Notes under the pieces: model-generated | The model's input: the letters and a program-made list of their open reading frames with translations, nothing else | The model's database searches: none | Told to the model about the DNA's origin: nothing | In this document: in pieces, positions 29,465 to 39,306 of the stretch | How the letters are laid out: each line of letters opens with the position of its first letter | How positions within the stretch are numbered: position 1 is the first letter of the stretch | Translations under genes and position numbers: made by a program | DNA from: Spirochaetia bacterium | GTDB lineage: Bacteria > Spirochaetota > Spirochaetia > DSM-2461 | Assembly: GCA_963666985.2 (NCBI GenBank) | Contig: CAXXIA010000002.1 | Span: 1,888,001 to 1,952,000, forward strand | Direction: 5' to 3' | Length of the DNA: 64,000 bases

Positions 29465-31750
29465 TTACTTATCAACCCATTTTTTCAATTGATTCCAAAT
29501 ATCTCTTGAATACTCTTCCATAAAATTCCAATCCGGTTCACCATCTTGATTAGCGGGAAGGTATATATATTCTTTTTGCAATTTTTTACCAGAAAGCATT
29601 ACTGTATAATCGTATTTTGATAATTTGTTTTTCAATACGCTACAAATGAATAATGCATTGTGTTCATTTAACTTATCATTGTATAAAAGTTTTATTGCAG
29701 AACCAGCACCACCACGACCAATAAAATCTTTTTCCTGATAAAAAGAAAATCCGCCAATTGCCGAGACAGATATACAATTACCTTTATCTAAAATTTCATT
29801 TTCTTTTGTTTCGACATATTTTTCAACACCATTATTAAATGCACCTGATGCAACAAATGGAACATCCCCATCATTAAGATAATCTGTCAGCCTACGTGCA
29901 CTAGGTTGAACAAGTTTAAAATGTCCATCTTTTCCACAGATTTTAAACCTACCCCAATTATTAATATCTATTTCATTTTCATTTTCATCTTTATCTAATG
30001 AAATTTGTTCTCGAAGAATGTCAACTAAATACTTATCTGTATTTAGTTTATCATACAAAATAAAATCAAGAATTTTATCTTTGATCTCTTCTATATTTAT
30101 ATTAGATTTGAAAAATATATAATTCAGTATTGTTTTTCTGAAATCGTATTCTGTGATATGAAATGGCTCTTCATCTACTTGATAGCTAAGATTTTCTGAT
30201 GGATCTATCCACTGAATTGATTCATCTCCACTTTGCCTATATATTACATCAACCCAATAATTTTCAATCCTTTCCCACGCATTTCTAATATCCTGTCTAC
30301 CTTGATTTTTTATTGTTTCAAGACCATCTTCTAAAATTGCACAAGAAAATATTTTTTTATTCTTATGAGGGACTCCACTATTAAAAATAAAAATACTTGT
30401 CGTGGTTCCACTAAAAATTTCTTTGGGCAATTTTATTATTTTTGTAAGTGTATGCTTTCTAAGAATTTTCTCTGTTTTTTTCTCATTTGCTTCAAGCTTT
30501 TTATCAGGCATAATAAAGGCACAAGAAGTTTCTCTTTTAACAGATTCTAAAACATTTGCTACAATATCCAAGCAGCCATATTTATTTTCAAAGGGAGGAT
30601 TCATTAATACCTTTGATATCTCTTTATTTTTAATCCATTTTTTTGCTTCTTCACTTCTACTATCTAATTGCTCTAAATTAGTTTTACCATCTTTATGTAT
30701 AAGCATATTTGCACAAGCAAGAGCATATATTTCTTTGTCAAATTCGATACCAAATAGTTGATTTTGTTTTATTTCTTTAGCCTTTGTTGTTGAGTTGCCA
30801 CCAGCTTCATTGATCATATTGCACATTGCTTTTACTAGAAAGGCACCGCTACCACATGCCGCATCAAGAATTATATCATCTTTATTAACACCGATAAGCT
30901 TATACATCAAACTTGTTATATGGTCTGGTGTAAAAACTTGTCCACTTTCACTTTTTCCTTTATATCGATTAAATTCATTAAAGAAGATGGCCATGACATC
31001 TTCACCGTTCCAGAAATCACTATTTATGTTATCACTAATATCACAAACTGCTTCAATGAAATCATCGATTGCTTCTTGATTTTCGGTAACATTCATCTTT
31101 ATAGATGAATATGCTTCAAGAAGAATATCTAATTTTAAATTTTGTTTACGAGCTTCTTCAAAACTTTTTGCTAAGGTTGTGTGTATTGAAGTATGAAAAG
31201 TAGTATAATTTAAACCTTTCACCAGGACAGAACCATACCGCTTTGCAACTAATGCACAAGCGGTAAATATCATACGGTGATAGAGATTTTTTATCCCAAA
31301 ATTAAAATGAAGGTTGTTATTAATTCTTGCTGTTATCGTATATATTTTATTTGTATCAATTTTATTTTCTGCGAATAGACTTAAGTAATATTCCTTATTT
31401 TTAAGCTCATCCTCATCTTGTAAGAAGACCCCATTCTTATAAATTTTTACTATGAACCCATTATATAAGATTTCAATATTATTTTTATATTTTATTTCAA
31501 CAATTTTAGTATTTTTAAGTAGCTCATCAATATGAATTTGTTTAAGATCGGTTGTTTCACTTTTCGCTTCTAGAATTATTGCTGGAAAGCTTTTTTCATT
31601 TGGTAAATACCAACCATCAGGTCTGTCGTTTATTCCAGAAAATCCTAATTGATTAAATGTCGTAATTTGGCCCACACCACTTATTGCGGACTCTGTGTCT
31701 TTAAAAGCTAGAATTTTTCCTGCTTTATCTCTTACTTTATCTTCAGTCAT
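29465..31750 (-). CDS. Type IIG-like restriction-modification fusion (nuclease + N6-adenine MTase + specificity domain)
   Basis: PDG...ILEAK (PD-ExK), GQVFTP, LDAACGSGAFL, MNPPF, C-terminal TRD-like GDVPFVAS...NNGV...EPDWNFMEEY. Confidence 0.85.
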   Translation of the reverse strand: MTEDKVRDKAGKILAFKDTESAISGVGQITTFNQLGFSGINDRPDGWYLPNEKSFPAIILEAKSETTDLKQIHIDELLKNTKIVEIKYKNNIEILYNGFIVKIYKNGVFLQDEDELKNKEYYLSLFAENKIDTNKIYTITARINNNLHFNFGIKNLYHRMIFTACALVAKRYGSVLVKGLNYTTFHTSIHTTLAKSFEEARKQNLKLDILLEAYSSIKMNVTENQEAIDDFIEAVCDISDNINSDFWNGEDVMAIFFNEFNRYKGKSESGQVFTPDHITSLMYKLIGVNKDDIILDAACGSGAFLVKAMCNMINEAGGNSTTKAKEIKQNQLFGIEFDKEIYALACANMLIHKDGKTNLEQLDSRSEEAKKWIKNKEISKVLMNPPFENKYGCLDIVANVLESVKRETSCAFIMPDKKLEANEKKTEKILRKHTLTKIIKLPKEIFSGTTTSIFIFNSGVPHKNKKIFSCAILEDGLETIKNQGRQDIRNAWERIENYWVDVIYRQSGDESIQWIDPSENLSYQVDEEPFHITEYDFRKTILNYIFFKSNINIEEIKDKILDFILYDKLNTDKYLVDILREQISLDKDENENEIDINNWGRFKICGKDGHFKLVQPSARRLTDYLNDGDVPFVASGAFNNGVEKYVETKENEILDKGNCISVSAIGGFSFYQEKDFIGRGGAGSAIKLLYNDKLNEHNALFICSVLKNKLSKYDYTVMLSGKKLQKEYIYLPANQDGEPDWNFMEEYSRDIWNQLKKWVDK

Positions 31751-32103
31751 AATATTTCATCTCTCATTCTTAAGTCTTTTTCAGGCTCTAAATTTATGTT
31801 TTCTATAGCCAAAATAGAAACTTTTTAATTCATTATTTAATCTCATCCTATCATATTTTTTTAGGATTTTCATTATGTCTATTTTCTGTAAATTTCAATA
31901 TGCATAACATTATATATTATGTACTTTGTCGATAATTCGTAAAAGCTGTATAAAATTGCGCAAAAATGTCATATAAGGAGAATATCAAGTATAAATTATG
32001 TAGTAAACTGTTAAGTGAATTAGAGTTCATATTAAGTCCATTAGAATCACGTCCTGTGATTCTAATGCATTTTTTATTGGCTCTTGGCTGGATTTCATCG
32101 TAA

Positions 32104-32233
32104 AACAGATGTTATGAGGTTCCGGCTGGCTATCGCCAACCTTCACCCAAATTGGCTTTTGTCATGTTGTTTGCGTTGGCAAACAACACGCCAATCCTTC
32201 GGAACAGCCAACTTCTCATAACATCGGGCCGTT
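32104..32233 (+). repeat. attC-like repeat 21, short variant family B (130 bp)
   Basis: AACAGATGTTATGAG...CTCATAACATCGGGCCGTT. Confidence 0.85.
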
Positions 32234-32302
32234 ATTCGAAAAAATCTTTAACGGTAGAAAATCAATAACAGAAAGTAAGAATGCAATCGTATTACACAAG
32301 GC

Positions 32303-33040
32303 TTAAGCGAGAATCCCAGGAATGATTAATATAAAAACAAGAAGATTTCCTATACCGTGGATTATTATCCCAATCCAAGTATTTTGATGCTTCTGTACTA
32401 AATATGGAACTGCTAAGGATACTGGAATCAAAGAGATAAACGACCAAGGCATGAACATATGTACTAATAAATTCCACAATATCCCATTTACAAGCCATGC
32501 CCACTTTCCAAATACTTTTTCCTGTAGTGGTAACGCATATCCTCTCCAAAGGAGTTCTTCCGCCCCGATATTGACTATTAACCATCCCAGCCAAAAGCCG
32601 ACAATCCACCATTGGTCAGCTAAAGGAACCCCGAAAAAAGTTGTAAGTCCATCTGCGATTTGCAGTCCTGGATGGAAAAGTTCTGGTGTGAATTCTGGGA
32701 CATGAAAAAAAGAATAGTTCATTAAGAAATGTCGAGTTGGCGCAAGACCCAGCTCAAGAGTCTGAACGCCAAGAAAACCAATAATAATCCAGAGCCAAGT
32801 TTTACCCGATATCTTTCCAAATCTAAATCTGCTTATGAAATTTATATTTCTTTGTTTGTTGGATACAAAACATGTCAAGATAATAAACAATATCAATAAA
32901 ATCGGAATCCATAGTGATAGGGAATAGCTGATGATTAATGGCCATCCTATTTTTGTAAGGTAGGGAACCAGAACTCTTGCGCCTAGAAACATAAGAATTC
33001 CAGGAATTCCGAAGAACACAAGAGACTGAATCAGATTCAT
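32303..33040 (-). CDS. CPBP (Abi/CAAX) family intramembrane metalloprotease
   Basis: AEELLWRGY, LVH, IIHGIGN motifs; start uncertain. Confidence 0.85.
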   Translation of the reverse strand: MNLIQSLVFFGIPGILMFLGARVLVPYLTKIGWPLIISYSLSLWIPILLILFIILTCFVSNKQRNINFISRFRFGKISGKTWLWIIIGFLGVQTLELGLAPTRHFLMNYSFFHVPEFTPELFHPGLQIADGLTTFFGVPLADQWWIVGFWLGWLIVNIGAEELLWRGYALPLQEKVFGKWAWLVNGILWNLLVHMFMPWSFISLIPVSLAVPYLVQKHQNTWIGIIIHGIGNLLVFILIIPGILA

Positions 33041-33197
33041 TTTTCTTGAATTACAAAAAATAGAAAAGATGTTCATAAGAAGATGGTTACATGATTTAGC
33101 GGTAGAACTCAAGTTTTTAAATATTTTGCATGTGGTATATTTTTAATGTGACATAAGTAAAAGTTGGTTTTGAATAGATTTAACGATTTCTTCGAAT

Positions 33198-33395
33198 AAC
33201 AGCTGTTGATGCGCTCCGGCTGAAAATGAGATTTTCAGCCTTCGGGGCTTCGCCCAAATTTGCCTCTGTCATAGATTTTGCGAAAGGCCCGTGGCTATGA
33301 TACGATATCTTCAGTAAAAGGTTAGTGGTGTTATGATCGCAAAATCTCCGCCAGTCGCTTCGCGAGCGGCAAACTTCGCATACCAGCGGGCCGTT
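33198..33395 (+). repeat. attC-like repeat 22 (198 bp)
   Basis: Conserved ends. Confidence 0.9.
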
Positions 33396-33646
33396 TAGTG
33401 AAAAAACAGGAATATCATACAAGCCTCGCCATCCATGGCTCGGCTCTTGTTTCTTTCAATGAAGAAGGAACGCCGTGTAGTGAAAGAGTTTCTGAATCTA
33501 GAAAGGTTATTCTTAAATTCCCTCGAAGGAGAAAATAGATTAAAAAAAACCCTTAATCTATGCAGCAAGAACGATTGGCAATTTAGGAAATAGAATGTTC
33601 TTCAATATAGTATTAACTAAGAGCTGAAATACTAGTAATAAGGAGA

Positions 33647-34348
33647 ATGGTTATGACCGTTTCAAAAATCAGATACTGGGCTATGAAACGTAAACAAGAG
33701 GATCGAAAAGCAAATTTGCTATCTCGTAAAGCTCTATTTGGTTCCATCGTTTTCGGTATTACAACATTTGGTAGAGACGAACACAAGAGATCAATAAAAA
33801 TATTCAGGCCAAAGAATATTAATCAATTGCTTATAAGTGACATAACGCTCTTTGAACTGTCTTGCTATGCAATGATGCGAATTGAACAGTGGCTAGACAG
33901 GAAGGCAAGTCAGGAAGTGGATCAAACGGAAACCCCCTTAGACCTGCAAAAGACCGATGAAGAGATTACTGACCTTGTTGATGAAATCTATTCCAAATGG
34001 GAAAAGTTAGGAAAAAGTATACACTACGAGTTCATAGAACTGTATACGGATATATTTCAATCAAATCAGATTAAAGATATCTTTCAGGCAAGATTTGAAG
34101 AATATCGAAGAATGGTTGTCGCTTTAGAAATCACAGATACTGAGCAATATCACAAAGCAATCTCAACATTGTCCAGGATGTCAAATCAATACCTTCCAGT
34201 CTCACAGTTCAACTATGAGAAACTGCCTGTAATGCTCGGGTCCGCTTTAGAAGATATGGGATTCCGAGCGGAAATGACAGGATGGGAAATTCACATGATG
34301 CCGGCAATATTGAATACAATAGAAAAAGCTTCTCATTTTCTCATGTAA
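33647..34348 (+). CDS. Hypothetical protein
   Basis: AAGGAG RBS; sole ORF of its cassette; no motif recognised. Confidence 0.7.
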   Translation: MVMTVSKIRYWAMKRKQEDRKANLLSRKALFGSIVFGITTFGRDEHKRSIKIFRPKNINQLLISDITLFELSCYAMMRIEQWLDRKASQEVDQTETPLDLQKTDEEITDLVDEIYSKWEKLGKSIHYEFIELYTDIFQSNQIKDIFQARFEEYRRMVVALEITDTEQYHKAISTLSRMSNQYLPVSQFNYEKLPVMLGSALEDMGFRAEMTGWEIHMMPAILNTIEKASHFLM

Positions 34349-34428
34349 TGAAACCTAGTATCCATTGGTAGCACGTCGTGTGCTACCAATGAAATCGAAA
34401 ATTGATTCAATGACCTGTTTCTTCACTA

Positions 34429-34619
34429 AACAGCTGTTGATGCGCTCCGGCGCCAGGGCGCCTTCGGGGCTTCGCCCAAATTTGCCTCTGTCATAGATTT
34501 TGCGGAAGGCTGGCGACTATGGTAGGATGACTTTCAGTAAATGGCTAGTTTTGTTCTGATAAGCAAAATCTCCGCCAGTCGCTGCGCGAACGGCAAACTT
34601 CGCATACCAGCGGACCGTT
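34429..34619 (+). repeat. attC-like repeat 23 (191 bp)
   Basis: Conserved ends; short GGCGCC-AG-GGCGCC arm. Confidence 0.9.
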
Positions 34620-34696
34620 AATTGAAATGGCGAAAAATCTCACCTCGCCGTCCTGGCTCGGTAGTAGTAAAATGTATAGAAAACGATTGAAAGGAT

Positions 34697-35566
34697 TTGT
34701 ACAATAACGTGAAAATACTCTCTACAAGAAAGACCTCTGCACTAATCGAGGAAATTGTCACAGAGTCAAAAAATTTTGTGCTCATTGTCAGTCCATACTT
34801 AAAAATATCGGACTCGTTGTACGAGCGTCTGGTTAGAAAACTAAATTTAGGAATCAGAGTTGTTTTACTTTTTGGCAAAGTCGACTCCAATTTTAGTCAG
34901 TATCAAAAACTTCGAGACCATAACAAGTCATCAATATTTTTTCTAGACAAACTACATGCAAAGATCTACGCAAACGAGGACATAGTTCTTGTTAGCAGTA
35001 TGAATTTACATTCATATTCAGAAATCAACAACTGGGAAATCGGTTTGCAAGAGGATAGCTCATCTTCTGAATATAAAAATATATTTAATGAAGTACTCTT
35101 GATGCTAAAAGCATCTACGTACAAATTTGGTGATAAAGATTATTCAATCATCGATTTGTCAAATGGGGCTCATGAATTTATAGGGATTCTCCAAGAAACA
35201 ATTAAAACTATTGATTTTCGTGTTATAGAAATACAAACCGGATGGGATGATGAAAAGTCCTACACCTTCAAAGGTACTTACCAACCAAAACAAGAAATTT
35301 CGATGATATTCAATTTCAACCATTTGGCGATTTCTAGTGACAGTGAAGATGACCTGCGGAGTATTTGTGAAACCATTGAGTCAAAGGGCTGCAAATCAGG
35401 TTTGAGATGCTTCCAAAAGAGCTATGAGAGGGAGCTAGCGATTTATCCACCTGATGGATTCAACGCACGTCGTGATAACATGGAGATAAAAGAATATCGC
35501 GCTATGTGGATTTCAATATTGGAAGACATTGAAAAGGTGCTCTGCGACAGCCTACAGGCTTCATAG
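34697..35566 (+). CDS. PLD-superfamily (HKD-like) domain protein
   Basis: IVSPYL, LHAKIYANE...SSMNL...N.EIG. Confidence 0.8.
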   Translation: MYNNVKILSTRKTSALIEEIVTESKNFVLIVSPYLKISDSLYERLVRKLNLGIRVVLLFGKVDSNFSQYQKLRDHNKSSIFFLDKLHAKIYANEDIVLVSSMNLHSYSEINNWEIGLQEDSSSSEYKNIFNEVLLMLKASTYKFGDKDYSIIDLSNGAHEFIGILQETIKTIDFRVIEIQTGWDDEKSYTFKGTYQPKQEISMIFNFNHLAISSDSEDDLRSICETIESKGCKSGLRCFQKSYERELAIYPPDGFNARRDNMEIKEYRAMWISILEDIEKVLCDSLQAS

Positions 35567-35633
35567 ATAGTAGTCTCGCGAACATCGTGTTCGCGAGATA
35601 GGTTTAAGACTTTCGGATCTCGCCACTTCACTT

Positions 35634-35838
35634 AACAGCTGTTGATGCGCTCCGGCCGCTAAAGGTGTTTAGCGGCCTGCGGGGCTCCGCCCAAATTTCG
35701 CTTTGGCCATGGTTCTTGCAGATGCGTTTGTGAAAGTGGTGTGATAAGTTGAAGAGCGTACGGGCTTTCTTTTAAAGTGCAAGAACGCATGCCAACCGGC
35801 TTCGCCGGACGCGAAACTTCGCATACCAGCGGGCCGTT
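35634..35838 (+). repeat. attC-like repeat 24 (205 bp)
   Basis: Conserved ends. Confidence 0.9.
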
Positions 35839-36554
35839 AGGTGAAATCAAAAGATTCATATTTTTAGGATTAACTATAAATGACATCTGAACACAAAGAA
35901 TTTATAAAGCGATCTATAAAAGTATTGCAGCATGATGAACGAATAATGGGTCTTGCTGTTGCCGGTTCTTTCATTACTAATGCAATGGATGAATTTTCTG
36001 ATATCGATTTTGTTATTGCCGTTGATTCAAAATATTACAATGAAATCTTAGATAAGAGAATTGAAATCGCTAAGAGTTTAGGACATTTGCTTTCTGCATT
36101 TACGGGAGAACATGTTGGAGAACCCCGATTGCTTATCTGCCTGTATAACAATCCCTTGATTCATGTTGATTTAAAATTCGTTTCGATTGATGAGATTGCA
36201 TATAGAGTTGAAGATTTCAAAGTATTGTGGGAACGTGACAATTGTATATCCGATAAACTTAAAGAAGAATCAGCACAATTTCCTAATCCAGATCTTCAAT
36301 GGATTGAAGATAGATTTTGGATTTGGATCCATTATGGAGCAGGAAAGATTGGTCGCGGTGAGATTTTTGAGACGATCGAATTTATTTCTTATTTGCGTCA
36401 GAACGTGATAGGCCCGTTAATCTTGATGAAGAAGGGAAAACGCCCCCAAGGTGTACGGAAGATTGAATTCGATGCGCCAGAATATTTGGAACGATTGAAG
36501 TCAACAATAGCGATTCATGAAAAGTGAACCACACCGGGATTCCCGGAGGCTGTT

Positions 36555-37466
36555 TTAGTTGAGTCCGGCAGCTACTGCCGAACATTCTTCCTGTTCATAA
36601 TACATCGATTCAAACTTCGCCGGGGGGATATCTCCAAGCGGCTCCATGATTCGGCGGTTGTTGTACCAGTCCACCCAGTCCAGGGTTTCCAATTCAACCT
36701 GTTCTATTCTCTGCCATGAGCTCCTCCGGTGGATGACTTCGGCTTTGTAGAGACCGTTGATAGTCTCAGCCATTGCGTTATCGTACGAGTCTCCTTTGCT
36801 CCCAACCGAAGGCTCGATACCGGCCTCTGTCAATCGATCCGAATATCGAAACGAAAGATACTGCCTTCCACGATCACTGTGATGAATCAGACCGTCGACT
36901 ACTTCCCTGGCCCAAAGCGCCTGATTGAGCGCATCAAGAGTAAAGTCGGTTTTCATCGACCGGCTAGCTCGCCAACCGACGATCATCCGGGAGAAGACAT
37001 CAATGATGAAGGCAACATAGACGAAGCCCTGCCAGGTGGAAACGTAGGTGAAATCCGCAACCCAAAGCCGATTCGGCTTGGAAGCTGTGAAATCTCTGTT
37101 AACCAGATCCTCGGGTCTTTCATCTTTCGGTGACGGGAAGGTGGTCTTGGTTCCCTTGCCCCGAATGACGCCTCTGAGACCCATAGAACGCATAAGACGT
37201 TCGACGGTACACCTGGCTACATGGAGATGCTTCTCATTTCTAAGAACCTTCCAGACTTTCCTGGCGCCGTAGACTCTACGGTTCTCATCCCATATCTCCT
37301 GAATCTCATTTTTAAGAAACCGGTCTCGACGTGTTCGATCAGGTTCGAGTTCAGGATCAGCTTCTCTTGCTTTTTGTAGATGATAGGTCGACGGAGCAAT
37401 CGGCAGTGATTTGCAGATAGGCTCGACTCCATATTCTTCCCGGTTCTCATTGATAAAACCGACCAT
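36555..37466 (-). CDS. IS3 transposase OrfB
   Basis: LWVADFTYV, HHSDRG, GDSYDNAMAETING. Confidence 0.95.
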   Translation of the reverse strand: MVGFINENREEYGVEPICKSLPIAPSTYHLQKAREADPELEPDRTRRDRFLKNEIQEIWDENRRVYGARKVWKVLRNEKHLHVARCTVERLMRSMGLRGVIRGKGTKTTFPSPKDERPEDLVNRDFTASKPNRLWVADFTYVSTWQGFVYVAFIIDVFSRMIVGWRASRSMKTDFTLDALNQALWAREVVDGLIHHSDRGRQYLSFRYSDRLTEAGIEPSVGSKGDSYDNAMAETINGLYKAEVIHRRSSWQRIEQVELETLDWVDWYNNRRIMEPLGDIPPAKFESMYYEQEECSAVAAGLN

Positions 37467-37786
37467 CAGTTCTTTCGGCGGTCGAGCTCCGCCTGGGCAA
37501 AATACGCTGAGGCCTTTCGAAGAATTTCGTTGGCAGTACGAAGTTCTCGATTCTCCTTTTCCAGCTCTTTAAGACGCTTACGCTCTTCACTGGTTAGACC
37601 ATCCCGCTGCCCTTCATCGATTTCTGCCTGCCGAACCCATTTCCGGAGTGTTTCGGGTGTACAGCCGATCTTAGCGGATATTGAACAAATCGCCGACCAC
37701 TGAGATTCGCTGTCCTTCTGCTTCTCAAACACCATCCGGACAGATTGTTCCCGGACTTCCTTGGGGTACCTTGTTTGCTTTCCCAT
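37466..37786 (-). CDS. IS3 transposase OrfA
   Basis: RYPKEVRE...IGCTPETLRKWV...FAQAELDR. Confidence 0.93.
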   Translation of the reverse strand: MGKQTRYPKEVREQSVRMVFEKQKDSESQWSAICSISAKIGCTPETLRKWVRQAEIDEGQRDGLTSEERKRLKELEKENRELRTANEILRKASAYFAQAELDRRKN

Positions 37787-38017
37787 GACACAATCCTCTC
37801 AAGTAATTGTGCCTCCGGTAAAGCCGGGGTGGTTCAAAGAGATCTTGTTATGAAGTTTTGAAGAATATTGTTTTGCTTTATAGGGAACTACGAGAAGAAC
37901 TCCAAAATCTAGATTTCAATTACAATTCAGAGACAGAAGAAGTAGCCATGGCTTATTTGGATGATATCTATAAGAGGTGTGTATAAGAGAATGAGAAAGT
38001 ATTGCTTGATTTCACCT

Positions 38018-38225
38018 AACAGCTGTTGATGCGCTCCGGCCGCTAAAGGTGTTTAGCGGCCTTCGGGGCTTCGCCCAAATTTCGTTTTGGCATGGCATCT
38101 TGCAGATGTGTTTTCAAAAGTGATGTGATAAGCTAAAAAAACAAACAGGCTTTCTGCTAAAAGCAAGAGCGCATGCCAACCGGCTTTCAGCCGGACACGA
38201 AACATTCGCATAACAGCGGGCCGTT
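38018..38225 (+). repeat. attC-like repeat 25 (208 bp)
   Basis: Conserved ends. Confidence 0.9.
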
Positions 38226-38252
38226 TGGTGAAATTCGTATAAGGAATAAAGA

Positions 38253-38849
38253 ATGATAGCAAGTGTAATATTGTCTCATCCATATCCTAAAAGTTTTAAT
38301 CATGCAATTTTCAAAACAGTGATACGGGCATTAAAAGAGAAACAAGTAAAAGTATATAACCATGATCTTTATGAAGAAGGCTTTAATCCTATTCTCACAA
38401 AAGAAGAATTAGGGTCTGATCAATCAACTGATAAATTAGTCAATCAGTATGCAAAAGAGTTAGTCGAATCAGACTCTTTATTTTTTATACATCCAAATTG
38501 GTGGGGACAACCACCAGCAATTATGAAAGGATATATCGATAGAGTTATTCGTCCTCCTTATGCTTATGATTTCCCAAAAGATGACTCAGGTGGTGGATTA
38601 CCTTTAGAAAAATTGAATGGAAAATATGGAATAGTTTATAATACTGGGAACACCGAGAGCAAACGAGAAAAAAATTACTTTGGTGATCCATTAGAAAATA
38701 TCTGGGAAAAATGTGTTTTTGGTTTTTTAGGAATTAAAAAATATAAAAGAAGACTCTTTTGTGTAATTGCTGATAGCACAGAAGAAGAAAGGCTAGAGTG
38801 GCTAAAGAAAATTGAAGAAGATATAGATCTAGTTTTGGAAGAGAAATAA
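38253..38849 (+). CDS. NAD(P)H dehydrogenase (quinone), flavodoxin-like fold
   Basis: HP.PKSFNHAI, HDLY, HPNWWGQPPAIMKGYIDRV. Confidence 0.9.
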   Translation: MIASVILSHPYPKSFNHAIFKTVIRALKEKQVKVYNHDLYEEGFNPILTKEELGSDQSTDKLVNQYAKELVESDSLFFIHPNWWGQPPAIMKGYIDRVIRPPYAYDFPKDDSGGGLPLEKLNGKYGIVYNTGNTESKREKNYFGDPLENIWEKCVFGFLGIKKYKRRLFCVIADSTEEERLEWLKKIEEDIDLVLEEK

Positions 38850-38865
38850 AAGCCGAACTTCACCA

Positions 38866-39013
38866 AACAGATGTTATGAGGTTCCGGCTGGCTGACGCCA
38901 CCCTTCACCCAAATTAGCCTTTTGAAAAACTTCGGAGAAATTGCAAAGCAATTTTCCTCAGCTTTTCAAGCCCACAAGGGGCTCAGGCTAACTTCTCATA
39001 ACATCGGAACGTT
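38866..39013 (+). repeat. attC-like repeat 26, short variant family B (148 bp)
   Basis: AACAGATGTTATGAG...CTCATAACATCGGAACGTT. Confidence 0.85.
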
Positions 39014-39035
39014 AAACGCCACTCGAACTTTGTCG

Positions 39036-39300
39036 TTGGAGAGACCAGGACATCCTTTACATTTTAGGTACAGGACATCGTTTACACTAAACAAGCTTGA
39101 ACGAAGCATTTGAGCCCATCAACAGAAGGGGTAAAGGCATAGTTTTTCCAGTCAATTTCTCCTAATCTCGAACAGTAAGAAAAATTGCTAGTGTGGTGAA
39201 CTTGAAATAGAAATCACCTTATAAATAGCCCTTCAAAAGGGGCTCATAACCTGTACTGCTATAATTAGGCAAAATTGATTTATGAATCAAATATGATTGT
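39036..39300 (-). mobile_element. Degenerate end remnant of an IS481-like element (right boundary approximate)
   Basis: GACCAGGACATCCTTTACATTTTAGGT.CAGGACATCGTTTACACTAAACAAG matches 45558-45610 and continues into diverged transposase 3' end. Confidence 0.7.
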
Positions 39301-39306
39301 ACGACA

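Larger units (their letters stand above)
36525..37836 (-). mobile_element. IS3-family element of a second type (1312 bp), 3-bp target duplication AAG
   Basis: Ends TGAACCACACCGG / CCGGGGTGGTTCA; AAG on both sides. Confidence 0.93.
35880..37986 (+). pseudogene. Nucleotidyltransferase (aminoglycoside 6-adenylyltransferase-like fold), interrupted by IS3
   Basis: AGSF....DEFSDIDF motif; frame resumes after the IS (RSCYEVL...KRCV*, stop 37984-37986). Confidence 0.8.

Noticed and set aside
35880..37986. Calling this a functional aminoglycoside resistance gene
   Set aside because: Only fold-level similarity is visible and the gene is IS-disrupted
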